A stretch of DNA of 64,000 bases from Convolutriloba macropyga (Eukaryota), in NCBI RefSeq assembly GCF_964194025.1, contig NC_134473.1:65162001-65226000 (forward strand), written 5' to 3'. Positions 50,712 through 62,699 of the stretch are shown here, one piece after another; within the stretch, counting starts at the first letter, position 1; each line of letters opens with the position of its first letter. Both the position numbers and the translations under genes were made by a program. The notes beneath the pieces were generated by a model that was not told where the DNA came from, did not search any database, and saw only the letters and a program-made list of their open reading frames with translations.

Positions 50712-53700
50712 ATGTCCTGTAGATCTTGTTTGTTTTTGTTTTCGTCATGTGTTTATCTAATCTCAATTCTCTTGGGCGTTGATTGCGTACTAAATGGAAC
50801 ATACGTGAACCAAAGAGACTACCCTTTCTTCGTGGCTATTCTCTTCACTATGGAAAACTACGACAGGTCAGGTCAATACATTCCCAGTTTGCCCAAAATC
50901 TTGGAAAACGTTGAAAGGCAGTAGTATGGCACAGTATAAGTCTGAGAAAAAACCGTACTAAATCTTGTTAAGTTTTCTACAGCATGTAATAAGCCCGCAC
51001 TAAGATTTCCACGTTACCGTATTAAGGCTGCATCATGATTACACTCATTGACAAAAATAAACACACAAAATGCAGTCTTACATGGTAAATTGCCTGTTTT
51101 TGAAGTAAATTTTACTCAACATATTCTTAGTCGTTCCTGTTGATTTTTATGTTAATCGAAGCATTATCATCAGAAATTTAATAGGTCTGTTTTTGTGTAA
51201 AATGACAAGCTTATTTTCAGAAAAATTCAGATAGAAGTTGGCAAGTTTTCCATAAGTAGATGTATTTTGAGTCCCAAGTAAAATTTGTTCAAATTGGTCA
51301 TGTCTCTTTAATTTCAAGAAAGTTTTTGCATTGTGAATTCAAAAAATTCATTAGCGAGCATGTTGACTAATTTTCATGTGGGACTCAAAATAGAGGCACT
51401 TATGGAAGACTGGCCAAATGCTATCTAGATTTTTTCTGTAAGTAAGCTTGTCAGTTTACCCAAAAATAGATCTACTAAATTTCTGATGATTATGCGTCGA
51501 ATGACATAAAAATCAAAATGAACGAACAAAATTATATTGAGTCAAATATTATTGTTATGAGTCAATATTATAATATATTATATTGTGTGTGCTGGCAGTG
51601 GCCAAGTTACTAAAATTCATTAGAGGAAAACTAATAACGTACTGTAAAAATCGTACCAGACAACAAAAATGCACAACCAAAAGACCGCTTGTTGTAGGCT
51701 TTGTTAGGGAACAATGCTGTAAAAACAAAACAAAAAAGAGCAATATTGGTAATGGAATTTTAAATGCCGCAAATTTATAGCTGGGGCTATTATTGGCCTT
51801 CTCTTGTTCTTTTTATTTTGTCGTCAAGGTGTTTGCTACGACCATATAACGTCACAATCCCTTCAAATGTGCCTTTTGGTCATTTGTTTATGCAATTTCA
51901 AATGAATTGCGTGCGCAAGGTCAGTTTTTACTCTTATTTGATCGAATTTTTTTGTTCATTCGCGTGATTAAGTTTTTGGTCATCCGTGATTTACCTCACT
52001 CTCAAAAACGACTTCCTCACACTGACTTTGACATTCCTTCACTTTAATTTAAAGGGATTAGGTCATGTATGTCGCTTTAGGTCACGTATGAATGTATGTC
52101 GCTTTAATTGATGATTATTCGATGGCAGCTATTACTAAACCGCGGCCAGCTACTGATGAAGCCAACCGCTCGCCGGTCCCTTGAGAGCAATTCGTCCGAA
52201 GTTAGATGGTTATGTTTTTAAATAGTTGTTTTACACTTAAGTGATAATTATTATATTGATGAATACGAGAAAGTTGCAAAATTTGCAAAAACGTTTGACA
52301 TCACGATAGTATTTGATTACAAATGTTCGTTCAGAAATTTTCTGATTACTCTTAGTTTTTCATTCGATTTTGCTATTCTTGGACCGATGGAAATATGACA
52401 ACATGTAGCAATCTTTATCACTTATTGCATTCAAATGATATTTTGTATCTTACTAGAACCAAAGTGAAGTTGGTTCGATACTAACCAGAATAGTTTTAAA
52501 CCATATTGATGTTATATTGGTTGAGTTTTTCACAAATTCTACCAATTGCAATTGAAAATTATGCAGATTTCTGAGGTTGAACCAGAGGAGCTCTAAGTAT
52601 TCACGGAAACCCAACCAAAGCATTTGTTGATCGTCATGGAGTCTTTTGAAGTTTATAATTTGCCGCAAAACAAAACAAAGTTGTGTCAGATAGAATGTTA
52701 TGTCATGACTTCTTTTGAGCTGAACAATTGTTCTCATAACTGCCCAATTGTTCATTTACAGATCTATAAAACAAATTTATGAGATCAATTTTTGAAAACG
52801 AAAAAAAAGTTTTGATTTTGATTTGGAATACTCAGGCCTTTTTTGATCGTCTTTTGAAATTTTGGATGGAATTGTTGTCGTCGACACTTATTTACAAATT
52901 TTTGAGCATCTGAAGAACTGCAACTGTACCAAAAAAATATTAGATTACTTATCAGGTGAATTGAAATGATCTGTTTATGAATCAGATCCCATTGGTTTTA
53001 GGGCTCAGTGTATTTGTCGTCTTGTTAGTTGTCCAACTTTGACCCTTACATAGTCTTTAATTGCTCTCGAACAAAGTTCTTTTATGTAAAATTTTTGCTT
53101 GATACTTTTTTGCAATTTTGTTCCAGAAGTAATGGTTCCGTGACTCTGCTTGAAGTCACTGAGAACATCTGGCGTTTATCGAGAACCGCGAAGAAGCAAT
53201 TCGAGCTATTCAGTTGGATTTGCAAAGTGACTTCTATAGAGTCACGTAACCATGCTTAAATCACGAAACGCGCGTTTTAAAACGACGAAAGTTAACGGAG
53301 GTAAACTTCTGGCTAAGTAACAACTTCTGGCATTTTAACATCCGTCACCGCAAACTTTCTACGCTTTAACTTTTTACGCTTGATTTCTTTCTTTTTGAGT
53401 GATTAATGTTGATCTCTTCCTGAAGAAGGTTTTGTTGCTACTATAAAAACGATTGTGAACAATAAGAGTTAACGCTATTGTACCGGAGTTGATAATATGT
53501 TGGACTGGCAACCTAATAGGCCAAGTGCTGAACACCTGTGGTGTCGGAGATATTTACTTCCATTACAAATTTCTCAGCTAAATCCCTTCTATATTAAATT
53601 GCTCTCGCCTGTCCTTTGAGAGCAATTCAAACAACGTTGGTCGGGATATAATAAATTTTTCTTCCCTTTTTTCAAACCTTAAACTGTTAGCTGCGATCCT

Positions 53701-56700
53701 CAGATAAAGTCTCAGAACTTTATATTAGTTTTCACCATTTTCGATCTTTTACATTTTCCCATTAGCCGTAGGGCAATTTCGACACCAAGAAAGAAAAGAT
53801 CGTTTTATGTTGGTGGCGAAGTAATTGCTGTCTTATAACAAGTGTCAATGTTCTGAATGATCAAACAATTTTATTGTCGTGTTGGATATGATTTAACTCA
53901 TTTTTTATTCAAAAGATAGACAATAAAGATTATTTTAGAAATGGACTATCAAAAAATACATTGTGTAGTTAATGTTCTTTGAACAGTGTTTTGATTTTGT
54001 AAAAAAAAGATACTTTTGGACTAATGGATTAAAGCTTTTCAGCTTTATTTGATTATAAATGAATAAAAGAGCTATTAAAATTAAGGCATTTTACACCCAT
54101 CCCAATTTCAGAACAAAAACTATTCGTTTTAAATTTGAGGCGAAAACGTAGTGCAGAAAGGCGATGAAATCTCAACATTGGTTCTTCTTTTCAATTAACA
54201 GAGGTGTGACGCAGTATGGTGCGGGTATGTCTGTGGTGTAATGTAGCATCGTGTGGTAATGTGCGTGGAGTGACGTTGTGTGATGTGAGTTTTCATGTTT
54301 TGTGATGTAGTATAGTGTGAAAATTCAAGTGGTGTGATGTAAATTTAAGAATAAATTTGCAAGGAGTAAATTTATAAGTGAGTAAATTTTTAAGAATTCC
54401 TGTGGTGTGATATAGTATGTTATGCATATGGCTGTGGTGTTAATTAGTATGCTGTGAAAACGACTATGGTGTTATTTAGTAAGGTGTTAAAATGGCTGTG
54501 GTGTGATGTACTGTTTTGTGAAAATTCCGGTGGTGTGATGTAAAATGATGTGAATATGCTTATGGTGTGATGTAGTATGAGTTGAATATGTCTGTTGTGT
54601 GATATTGTTTGGTGTGAAAATGACTGTAGCGTGATGTAGTTTGACGTGAAGATGCCTTTTGTGTGATGTAGTATGATGACAGTGGTTCGCTGTTAGATTG
54701 TGAGAAAATAGCCCGGAAGTGATAAACAATCATCGCTGAAACAGTTTAAAAACAGTGTATTTTAAAATGACAATCGGTGCTGAAGCAGGCTGAAGACAGT
54801 GTCTTTTGGACTGACAATCAGGGCTGAAAAAGGTTCAAATCAGTATGTTTTTAGGTTGACAAGAGTTACACATTTATGTTAATTGGACTGCCAATTGTAT
54901 GATAATAGTTATGGAGAGATCAATTTCAGGATAAAGTCGGAGGTACAATTTTACTCTGAAAAAAAGACCACTCATTGTGTATTTTGACAAGAACAGAATA
55001 ATTAAAAAAGCAAAACAATCTATTTGTTGTTTTTGGATTTACAATGGTTCAGTATTGAAAAACTTTTGGTGCTCAGCCCGGTTTTTCAACAATTTTAAGT
55101 TTGCGTTCACTTTTCAGCATAATCTCTAGAAAAAAGCAATTACCGATAACTCACTCTAATACGTTTACCTATGTTTCTCAACGACAACCGTTACGAAGAT
55201 ACAATGATGCGGCTCTTTTCTGTCCGTGATGAAAAAATTCGAACCCATAAAACTCAAAAATTAGAAACCTAAATTTTTTAGTAATCCTAATACAAATGCA
55301 AGTGTGTTAGAAAAACTATACGCCTTTATTGTTAGTTTGTTAGTTTTGCCGCTTTGAGACATTTTTACGGTCGAAGGTAAATGCGAATGTTGCTAGAATG
55401 TATTACCCGGGTCAAGGTGTCAACGCTAAAATCGCTTAAAAAAGTTAAGATTTGCGTGAATGCGGTGAAAAAATGTAAGAATTGCGCTTTTAGCGTTGAA
55501 TGCGATGAATGCGGTGAAAAAGTAAGTCACCGCTAAAATTACTGTATATTTTTTGCGCTGAATTTTTGTAAAATTTGCGGTTCTTTGTGGTGAAAATTTT
55601 ATTTTCACCGCTTCCCGGTGGTAGCTGTGAATCTTTATTTTTCACAGCTTAAGCGGTAAAAATAAAAAATTCACCGCTAAAAACCCTAAATCTAACAAAA
55701 TTTCAACGCATTTGTTTTCATAACGTCTATTGAATCTGATTTAAATTCACAAGAAATGTCAAAACATTTAGTGACAGATGGCGCAGTGGAATAAGGTGTT
55801 GTTGACATTCAGGGGATGAGAGGTTCGAACCCATGTACGGCAGCGTCTTTATTGTAAGAAATCCGGTGAAAATTTCACCGCCAAAAATCGCAAATCTTAC
55901 AAAAATTCGCCGCTAAAAACCGCAAATCTTACAAAAATTCACCGCTTTCACCGCATTCATCGCAAAAAGATGCGGGCGCTTTGCGGTGAAAAATGTTTTC
56001 TTTTCACCGCTATTCACCGCAATTCTTACATTATTTTTCGACCAAACCTCGACCCGGGAATTGACTGAAATTATGAGCGATTTGGGATTATGGCAATTGT
56101 AGAGGTAAATAAAAGCCATTTTTGTAAATAAATTCTGATATGCATTAATGTGATAATCCGTATACGGAAATTGTCACTAAGGCTAATATAATCCTATCCG
56201 CTAATGTCCCCGTACGTTATATGCTGTGTCACGTGTATTGTGCATATAATTTCACTCATCATTTTTTGAGTTTATATAATAAACTTCGCGCCTGGTGGGT
56301 GTTAATAATTTGGCGGTGGCATTATTTCCCCACTCCCCCAGTGTTTTTTGTAAACCCTACTTAGAAAATGTTGTATAGCACGTTACTATGTGAAATATAG
56401 CACATGCGCTTGAGAAGTTTTATGTCCTCTAAGCTGGGGGGGGATGAAATAACAGATCCGCCCAAATAAACCCGTCTATAATTTCGTACCTGCTTTGCAC
56501 TTCGGTTGAGATGATAATTAATGATTTTACAGTTTTCGTGCCATAATGAGTTCCAATGCAACAATCTATACATGCGGAGGAGCTCTCATGAAGGGACCAG
56601 ATGGGATACCAATGGTGGTCACTGCTCTCACCTGTCTGCTCCAGGTGGGCTTAGGATACAAAAACAACAACAACAAGGAGGTCAATGCCGACGATGTTCA

Positions 56701-56768
56701 CATGAGATACTATTTCATCAGGACAGAGTGGGATACCTCTGATATCAATTATGGGAGTTACAGTCCAG
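50712..56768 (+). CDS. Secreted trypsin-fold (S1A) serine protease homolog, 5' partial; exons 50712-50866 and 56533-56768; the rest is not identified in the window
   Basis: Signal peptide followed by VLNGTYVNQRDYPFFVAI (equivalent to IVGG...PWQVSL). Phase-2 splice GACAG|GTCAG to TTTTACAG|T gives in-frame YTCGGALM...VVTALTCL. Donor CCAG|GTGAG at 56768. Confidence 0.8.
51108..51547. mobile_element. ~440-bp imperfect palindrome (foldback MITE)
   Basis: Arms pair over ~200 bp: ATCATCAGAAATTTA/TAAATTTCTGATGAT, TGACAAGCTTA/TAAGCTTGTCA, TATTTTGAGTCCCA/TGGGACTCAAAATA. Confidence 0.8.
54200..54700. repeat. Degenerate ~30-bp tandem repeat (TGTGGTGTGATGTAGTAT core)
   Basis: The core recurs more than 10 times and explains the His/Thr-rich spurious ORF. 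Confidence 0.85.
55406..56058. mobile_element. MITE with CCCGGGTC TIRs, GCGGTGAA/TTCACCGC subterminal repeats and a central tRNA-like segment
   Basis: CCCGGGTCAAGGT and ACCTCGACCCGGG ends. Flanks TA and AA. Confidence 0.8.
55772..55845 (+). pseudogene. Degenerate tRNA-derived sequence with Pol III A and B boxes
   Basis: A box TGGCGCAGTGG (55779) and B box GGTTCGAACCC (55822) at tRNA-like spacing. The acceptor and anticodon stems do not pair. Confidence 0.6.
56310..56459. mobile_element. Eroded copy of the 7904-8073 MITE family (another at ~46880-47022)
   Basis: Shares TATAGCACGTTACT.TG, TAAGCTGGGGGGGG and the ...AGATCC end. Confidence 0.6.
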
Positions 56769-57489
56769 GTGAGATATTTTTTTAATGTGGCGAGTTGATA
56801 TGTATAGGTTGAAATCAATTGGAGGATTGTTGTTTTCAAAACAAAAACGTATGTTTGATCTTTGCCTTTTTTTCTCTTCTTCGTCGACCCGTTACCGCAT
56901 CTCAATACTGTAAGGTCTCGTATCTTATCTAATGAGAAACAGGTTAATTTGATGAAATCACGTTTTAGCTGATTCGTTTTTCATTTTGTTAATTAGTGTT
57001 ATAATAGACACCGACTTTAGTGTCGCAATTAATGTTTTCTATTATACGGTTTTATTGTTGTTGATGTCTTTTACTCTCATTAATGGAAAGTCTCATCGGC
57101 CATGAAGTCCAGCATTATTTGTTCACTTAATCCAGCATTATTGTTCACATTGTTTTGTGAAATTTTGAAAGTTTTCCATCTCTTCCTCATTTGGTATATA
57201 ATTAAATAAAAACGTGGATGAGCGGGGTCGGAACATTATGAGGAGCGTATATTACCGAGCATTCTTGTCTATTCTAAGAATCCACTAAATCAAAATTTAG
57301 CATTCCATGCAGTTCGTTCATCTTCAGTATGGACATACTCTCTTCCGTACTTTAACCTGGGTGATATACGGACTCGTTTATTGCTAAGAAAATTTATTTT
57401 TTTTCATTGATTTATCTTATTGTTTTATGTATTGTCATGTTTGTGCAATACTTTCGTTATTGAAGATCAGCATATGGTCATCCATGCAT

Positions 57490-57762
57490 ATGGTCTGGGA
57501 CAATATTTCGAGCGCACTTTTTTCTGGACAATGGTCTGGAACGCGTCTGGACAATGGTCTGGAACTTGTCTGATCAGGGGTCACTTCGGTCTGGAACTCG
57601 TCTGATCAGAGGCGGCTTCGAGCGCACTTCGAGCGCACAACGATCTTCGAGCACATACTCGTCTGATCACTGGTCACTTCGGTCTGGGACGGTCTGATCA
57701 GAGGTCCCACTTGTCTGGGACGGTCTGATCAGAGGCGATTTCGAGCGCGACCTCAACCTGGG
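57490..57762. mobile_element. Right arm of a GTCTGATCAGAGG-family CMC-like element
   Basis: Same subterminal repeats, ending in ACCTCAACCTGGG. The left TIR was not found. Confidence 0.75.
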
Positions 57763-57769
57763 GGATACT

Positions 57770-58715
57770 TGAGCGAAACCGCTCATTAGCAATATCTCCA
57801 GACTTAAGACTAACTTTATTCCAGCACAGAACAAAAAAGTGTAAACCAGAGCTCATACAATTTAATTCAAGTACAGTATATTTAGTTAAAAGACAGAGAC
57901 TAGCAATAGCTATTAAATAAATTACAGGTCGAGTCCGCTTAGGACCTCAGAAGAGGTACATAAACAAATATAGCAACTAAGGCAGACCCAAGGTGGGCTC
58001 CTTTTACAGCCTTAAATTATAAAGAGGTAGGGCTACTTATTTTTGGCTTACCTATATCTCTCAGACTAACCGACTCGGTAAAACACTGAAGGTATACTTC
58101 AATTATAACCGTGAATAAAAGAGTTAACACCGGAGTCAGAGGTATACACATCGTGTAACTAATCTATTAGACTGACTATAGTTAGTTGAGTTCTCTCTAT
58201 ATAAAAAAGAATAGTGTATTCTCAGTCTGTGATTAGCTGGAGGTGTACATTCAGTATTTCTAATGCTATGTCCATCCGAGGTTTAGAGTTTTAAATCCGA
58301 ACTTGTGAACGGCAGCAGAAATACGCTGGATGTGTCATCCTCGTTGGATGGTGGAGTGAAGAGTTGTGTCCTCTTTGAAGTGTGGTTGTGACTTGTGCTA
58401 TCGTCTGAAGTCCTTGTCATTAAAGTAGTGACTAGTGTCCTCAGTCAAGGGTTGTTCTGATTGTAGAACCAGTGAGGGTGCAAGTTACAGGGTGTGCTGG
58501 CCAGTAACGTCAGTTCTGTTAGAGTACCCAACTGCTCTCACTGTCATGTAGTGAGGATTTGTTCCCAGTTGAATGATCGCTTGTAGTCTGTAGTCTCTGT
58601 CTGGTTTGTACAAGCAGATTTCTGTTTATCTCCATTTGATACAAGGTTTGAACCAGTCGGATTTACCAGCTTACCTTCTGGTGGAAACCCATCTTTTAGA
58701 TACTAAGTGAGCTCA
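57770..58715 (-). repeat. Putative 3' LTR (946 bp)
   Basis: Inverted termini TGAGC...GCTCA. Purine tract AATAGGGAAA abuts at 58716-58725. Minus-strand AATAAA at 57815-57820 and a TATA-like motif near 58200. The partner LTR is not in the window. Confidence 0.6.
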
Positions 58716-58906
58716 TTTCCCTATTAAAATTATTGTTTAATTTTAATGAGTACTTACTAAGCCCCGACCGGGAGGAATATGAAAAGAACTGATCCTAATC
58801 TTCAATTGTGTCAAAGAAGAAAGGAATATAAGAAGGAAATAGCGTATATAGGGTAAGAGAAAGAGAAAGAAAATAAAAAATAAAAGTTTTAAGTCAGTTT
58901 GAAAGA

Positions 58907-60900
58907 TCAGTGAGCCTTTAGTTTCTGAGGGACTGTGAGCCCGGTGTTGTAGGACTGTGGCCTACGTCCAATATTCGAACTTGAAATTGTCCGATTATCA
59001 GGATCCCTAAAAAATTCCAAAAATTCCTGATCACATGCCAGGCAAGCTGCAAGGGCATGAGGGAAGAGGTCGACGTTGCAGTGTGGCTGCAACGCGAGAA
59101 GATGGTTGAGGTTCTGTGTCTCGTCTGCCGACAGTTCTCGATTCTCCAACTTGTCCGTTATCCAGTCCCTGTAGAGGAGGTTGAAGGTGTTGCCATACAT
59201 GCACTTCGTTGTACCTTCCTCCTCAACACACTGGAGATATTCCATCGGAGCCAGAATTGGACGGTTGTGATTTGCATAGAGTGCCTAGAACAGGAAATAG
59301 TTCTTTATCAGATTGAAATTGCGAAGAGTGCCTTCACAATAATTTGGTTGAATTATATAGCTTTAATTCATGTAGTAGGGTGAAGTGAGCTTTGTGTTAG
59401 CATATTGGACTCGAGAGTTCATGTGGATGAGTGGGTTTGTCCTGTGAAAGCGGTGTTGGACAAATAAAAAGTTGTGAATAGTGTGTAACATTTTTACTCT
59501 GTTAACTGTGTGTCTGGTTAATTACATCCATATGTGTGGGATGTAAAAACAAAATTGAAGATAGAAGGGGTCGTATTTCAGGTAAATACGGTAGGGGGCG
59601 ACATCGCGAGTGAAAAAGGTGTTCAAACAGTCATTGCGGCGGTCCGCAAGTGCGAAGAAGTATTTGGATTGGTGCCAGAAACGTTCCGTGAAACGGTGGT
59701 TGATTGTAAAATGGAGACACTCTAGTGGGAGGTCTCTATCCTGATCTTCTTGGACATGTTCTTTCTCCAATTGTCCAAGAGAGCAGGAACTGGCTCTTGG
59801 TTTGAGTGTGTGTTGTGGCGGTGTAGATGTGTAGTGTATCCGCTCGGGAACATGGACACCATGAACTGTGTCGATGCCGAGAGGATTCGTTAATTGTTGA
59901 AAACAAAAATTGGGTCCTGGCACTCTACAAGTGATCCCTTGCGTGGGTGCAAAGGGGTTTCCTCCCCCGCGAGAGAATGAGGGCTGTAGGCCTCGGGGGG
60001 GGGGGCTTGCAGTGTATCGAGCAGGCGATTGTGAAGCCTGGATCGGCAATTAGCGCACAGGATAGATTTCTTGTGCTATGGCTCTTGGGCGTCTTCTGGG
60101 TGAGTGGTCAGTAGACGAGTAATTGTCCGTCGATGTCGGTCGATCGTAGGGGGGTGGTTGTGGAAAGGATGTCTATGGTCGGAGAGTTAGAATGGTTGGG
60201 CCATACCGTGGTGAAGCTACACGTGGTCGTTGTTGAGAGGGAGTGGGCATTACTGGTGTTGTTTACACCAGTGATCGAAAGAGTGGTCGAGATCCACGGA
60301 TCCTTCCAGAGTATGCCCAGTTTGGGATAACCGTCTAAGGTATGGAACAGCCTGATTGTTCCGCTATAGCGACTTCATCAGCCCAAGAGGAAATACTCGA
60401 AGGCGGGGGGTGGTGTTTGTGATATGGAAGTCGCTGTGTGAGGGGTTGTTCCAAATATTGGAGGTGGCTGTGGCACCGGTTGATCTCCTTGAAGGAGGAG
60501 CTGTTTTGACGAGCTTGCTGGGCCAACAGGAACCGAGCGAGGGTGAACTTGTGTCACTTTCGATATACATGTGGATTTCACCTGAAGAGGAGGATGAGGT
60601 GGCGGGTGAAGGCAGTGGGTTCATCTGCGCATAATTTGTTGTGTCCACAGACTGTGGCTGTGGTGAGGAATGAGCCATCGTGAAGAAGGCTGGTGTCTGC
60701 ATTTCGCATTCGGATTCTGGTTCTGGGTGGGGCAGCACCAACGGTGTGAGGGGTCAGGGCAAGATGTCCTCGATGTCCAGCATAATGAGGTCGTATGCTG
60801 TGGGGTCGACAATTGGAGGAATTGGTGAACCTCCTTCCTGTGCTATAGGAGTGACTGTTGTGGAGTCACTAAAACAAGAAGGTTTGAAATACGAGTACGA
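58907..60900 (-). pseudogene. Decayed accessory ORF of unknown function, 3' of env
   Basis: ORFs 60335-60526, 59522-60049 and 58907-59245 share one frame, separated only by isolated TAA/TAG stops. The upstream Pro/Ser-rich piece 60364-60741 joins by a probable frameshift near 60410. Confidence 0.65.
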
Positions 60901-61041
60901 GGCAGGTTAAAATGAAGTTCTTCCGGGATTTCCTAATAATCAAGTTCATTTTCAAAAAAATCTTTTGAAAGTGAAATGCCTTCTGAGCGTTTGCGTTTGT
61001 TAGGTCGAAAGGTATGTACGTGTAAAGAGTGCAAATCCGGT

Positions 61042-62645
61042 TTACTGTGTGACGCTACTGATAAGTCGTAGCATTCGTAAAAAGAGAGTGGATGTTTTGT
61101 GTTTGTTCGAACTATTTTGTACAGGAGAAGAATATTTCTTAAAGAAGATTTCAAACTTTCTGTGTAATAGATTAAATTCAGTTTGAGAGTGAGGGATGTT
61201 ACTATCAACGGAGTGTTTTCGTCGTTTTCTAGGGGAGGGTGTTTTATACTGTGAGGAATCAGAGTGGAGTACATGAGATACTGTTTGTAAGAGCACGCCA
61301 AAAAATCCAGAGGTGATGATTTTTGCTAGTGTTATATTAGGGCCTAAGAGTGCTTTGAGGTTATAGGCATTAAATGCGCGTCGAAATAGTCCAAATAGGC
61401 ATTGTAAGAAATTAAATACAGTCAAAATAATGGCTATTTCTTTCAATATGTACCAGGGGTATCCAAAGATTCCTATGAGGGATTCTTTTAAAAAGTTGCC
61501 GTTAATTAGATCACGCCAATCGAGACGGCGAAATGTAATTTTTTTCCCGCTAATAAAGAGTTTGTTGAAATAATTCTTGTATTCGCTTTGTAATTGTAAG
61601 AATTCTGCTTTTGATTGTGCTTTTTTGCAAGATTTGTTGAGTTTACAGCTTGTGCTACTTCAAATTTTTCGGCGGCGTCATCTTTTAATTGGTTAAATTT
61701 CATCTTATCGATGGACTTAGTCCAATTGTGTTGACTATATATGCTGAGTTGTTGTGCTGTAAAGTCCGCGTGGGTGAAAGTGATTTCAACTTCGTCAGCC
61801 GTGAATGTTCTGACTGGGCTTCGCGCTTTAATTGGATAAGGTTTTAAACGGTATGACTCATCGCCATCTGCATCTAGGGAGATTTGTTGATCAAAATTAT
61901 CTGATTTACATGGTGCTTTAATAGACCAGGGAAAGGTTATTCGTGTGACTTGGTCTTCAAACTGTAGTTTGTTCTATTAAAATATAGGAATGCGTTCAAA
62001 ACATTGGTTTTCTAATACATAAAGAGGTGATGAGAGAACTTTACATTGAAAAAGTGAAATAACATTTGAGCTTTTAAGTGTAGCGAATGTGTGTCGCTTT
62101 ACGGTTATAACATATCCTATAAGTGGGAGTTGTTGTGTTAAAGGAATTAATGCAGTTTGTTTGAGATCACGGTCCAAATCGCAAAGTTTTTTGTAAATAG
62201 ATAGACACGTGTGGTCCATTTCTAGTAAGACTCTGCTAACCATATAATCAATTTTTGCATCAAGCTGTACATTTGGATGTACGGCACCGAACCAGTTTTG
62301 TTTTCTGAAAATGTCATATTTTTCAGATTTACGATAAACGGGTGAAGCTTTCTGATTTTTGGCGCTTATTTGAAGTGTTCGAATTTGAGAAAATATTTGT
62401 ACTTGATCGGGGAGGATTTGAAAGTCTGCTGGTTTGATCTTACATTCGCCAATCTTATTGAGCTTATAAAACTGCATACTTTTGATATGATTTGGGGAGC
62501 AATCATAGTGTGTGACTATTAGATCCTGCACTCTTGATTTAGGTGTGGATATATTGTGTGTATCATCTTTAATAGGTTGTTTTATCGGAAGTGGGTGTGA
62601 AATGAATAAATTAGGCAATAACAAAATTAGATTTGCAATGGACAT
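61042..62645 (-). pseudogene. env: Envelope glycoprotein-like gene (class III fusogen, chuvirus G / gB-like), disrupted
   Basis: Hydrophobic leader, LIVTHYDC, KLNKIGEC, KKLCDLDRDL, GYVIT...VISLFQC...SPLY...QCFERIPIF. In-frame continuation past the stops at 61974-61979 reads KAPC...AQQLSIYSQ. After a frameshift comes a TM-like segment PWYILKEIAIILTVFNFLQCLFGLF and a basic tail. Confidence 0.7.
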
Positions 62646-62699
62646 GTGTAGGAGAGTCCAGAGTTAGGATTGTAGAAGACAAAGTATCCTGCTGTGTTT

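Noticed and set aside
52152-52205. Hammerhead ribozyme suggested by CTGATGA
   Set aside because: No stem II followed by GAAA, and no supporting stems I and III.
54487-54729. His/Thr-rich ORF
   Set aside because: Translation of the degenerate ~30-bp tandem repeat.
55772-55845. Functional tRNA gene
   Set aside because: A and B boxes are present but the acceptor, anticodon and T stems do not pair.
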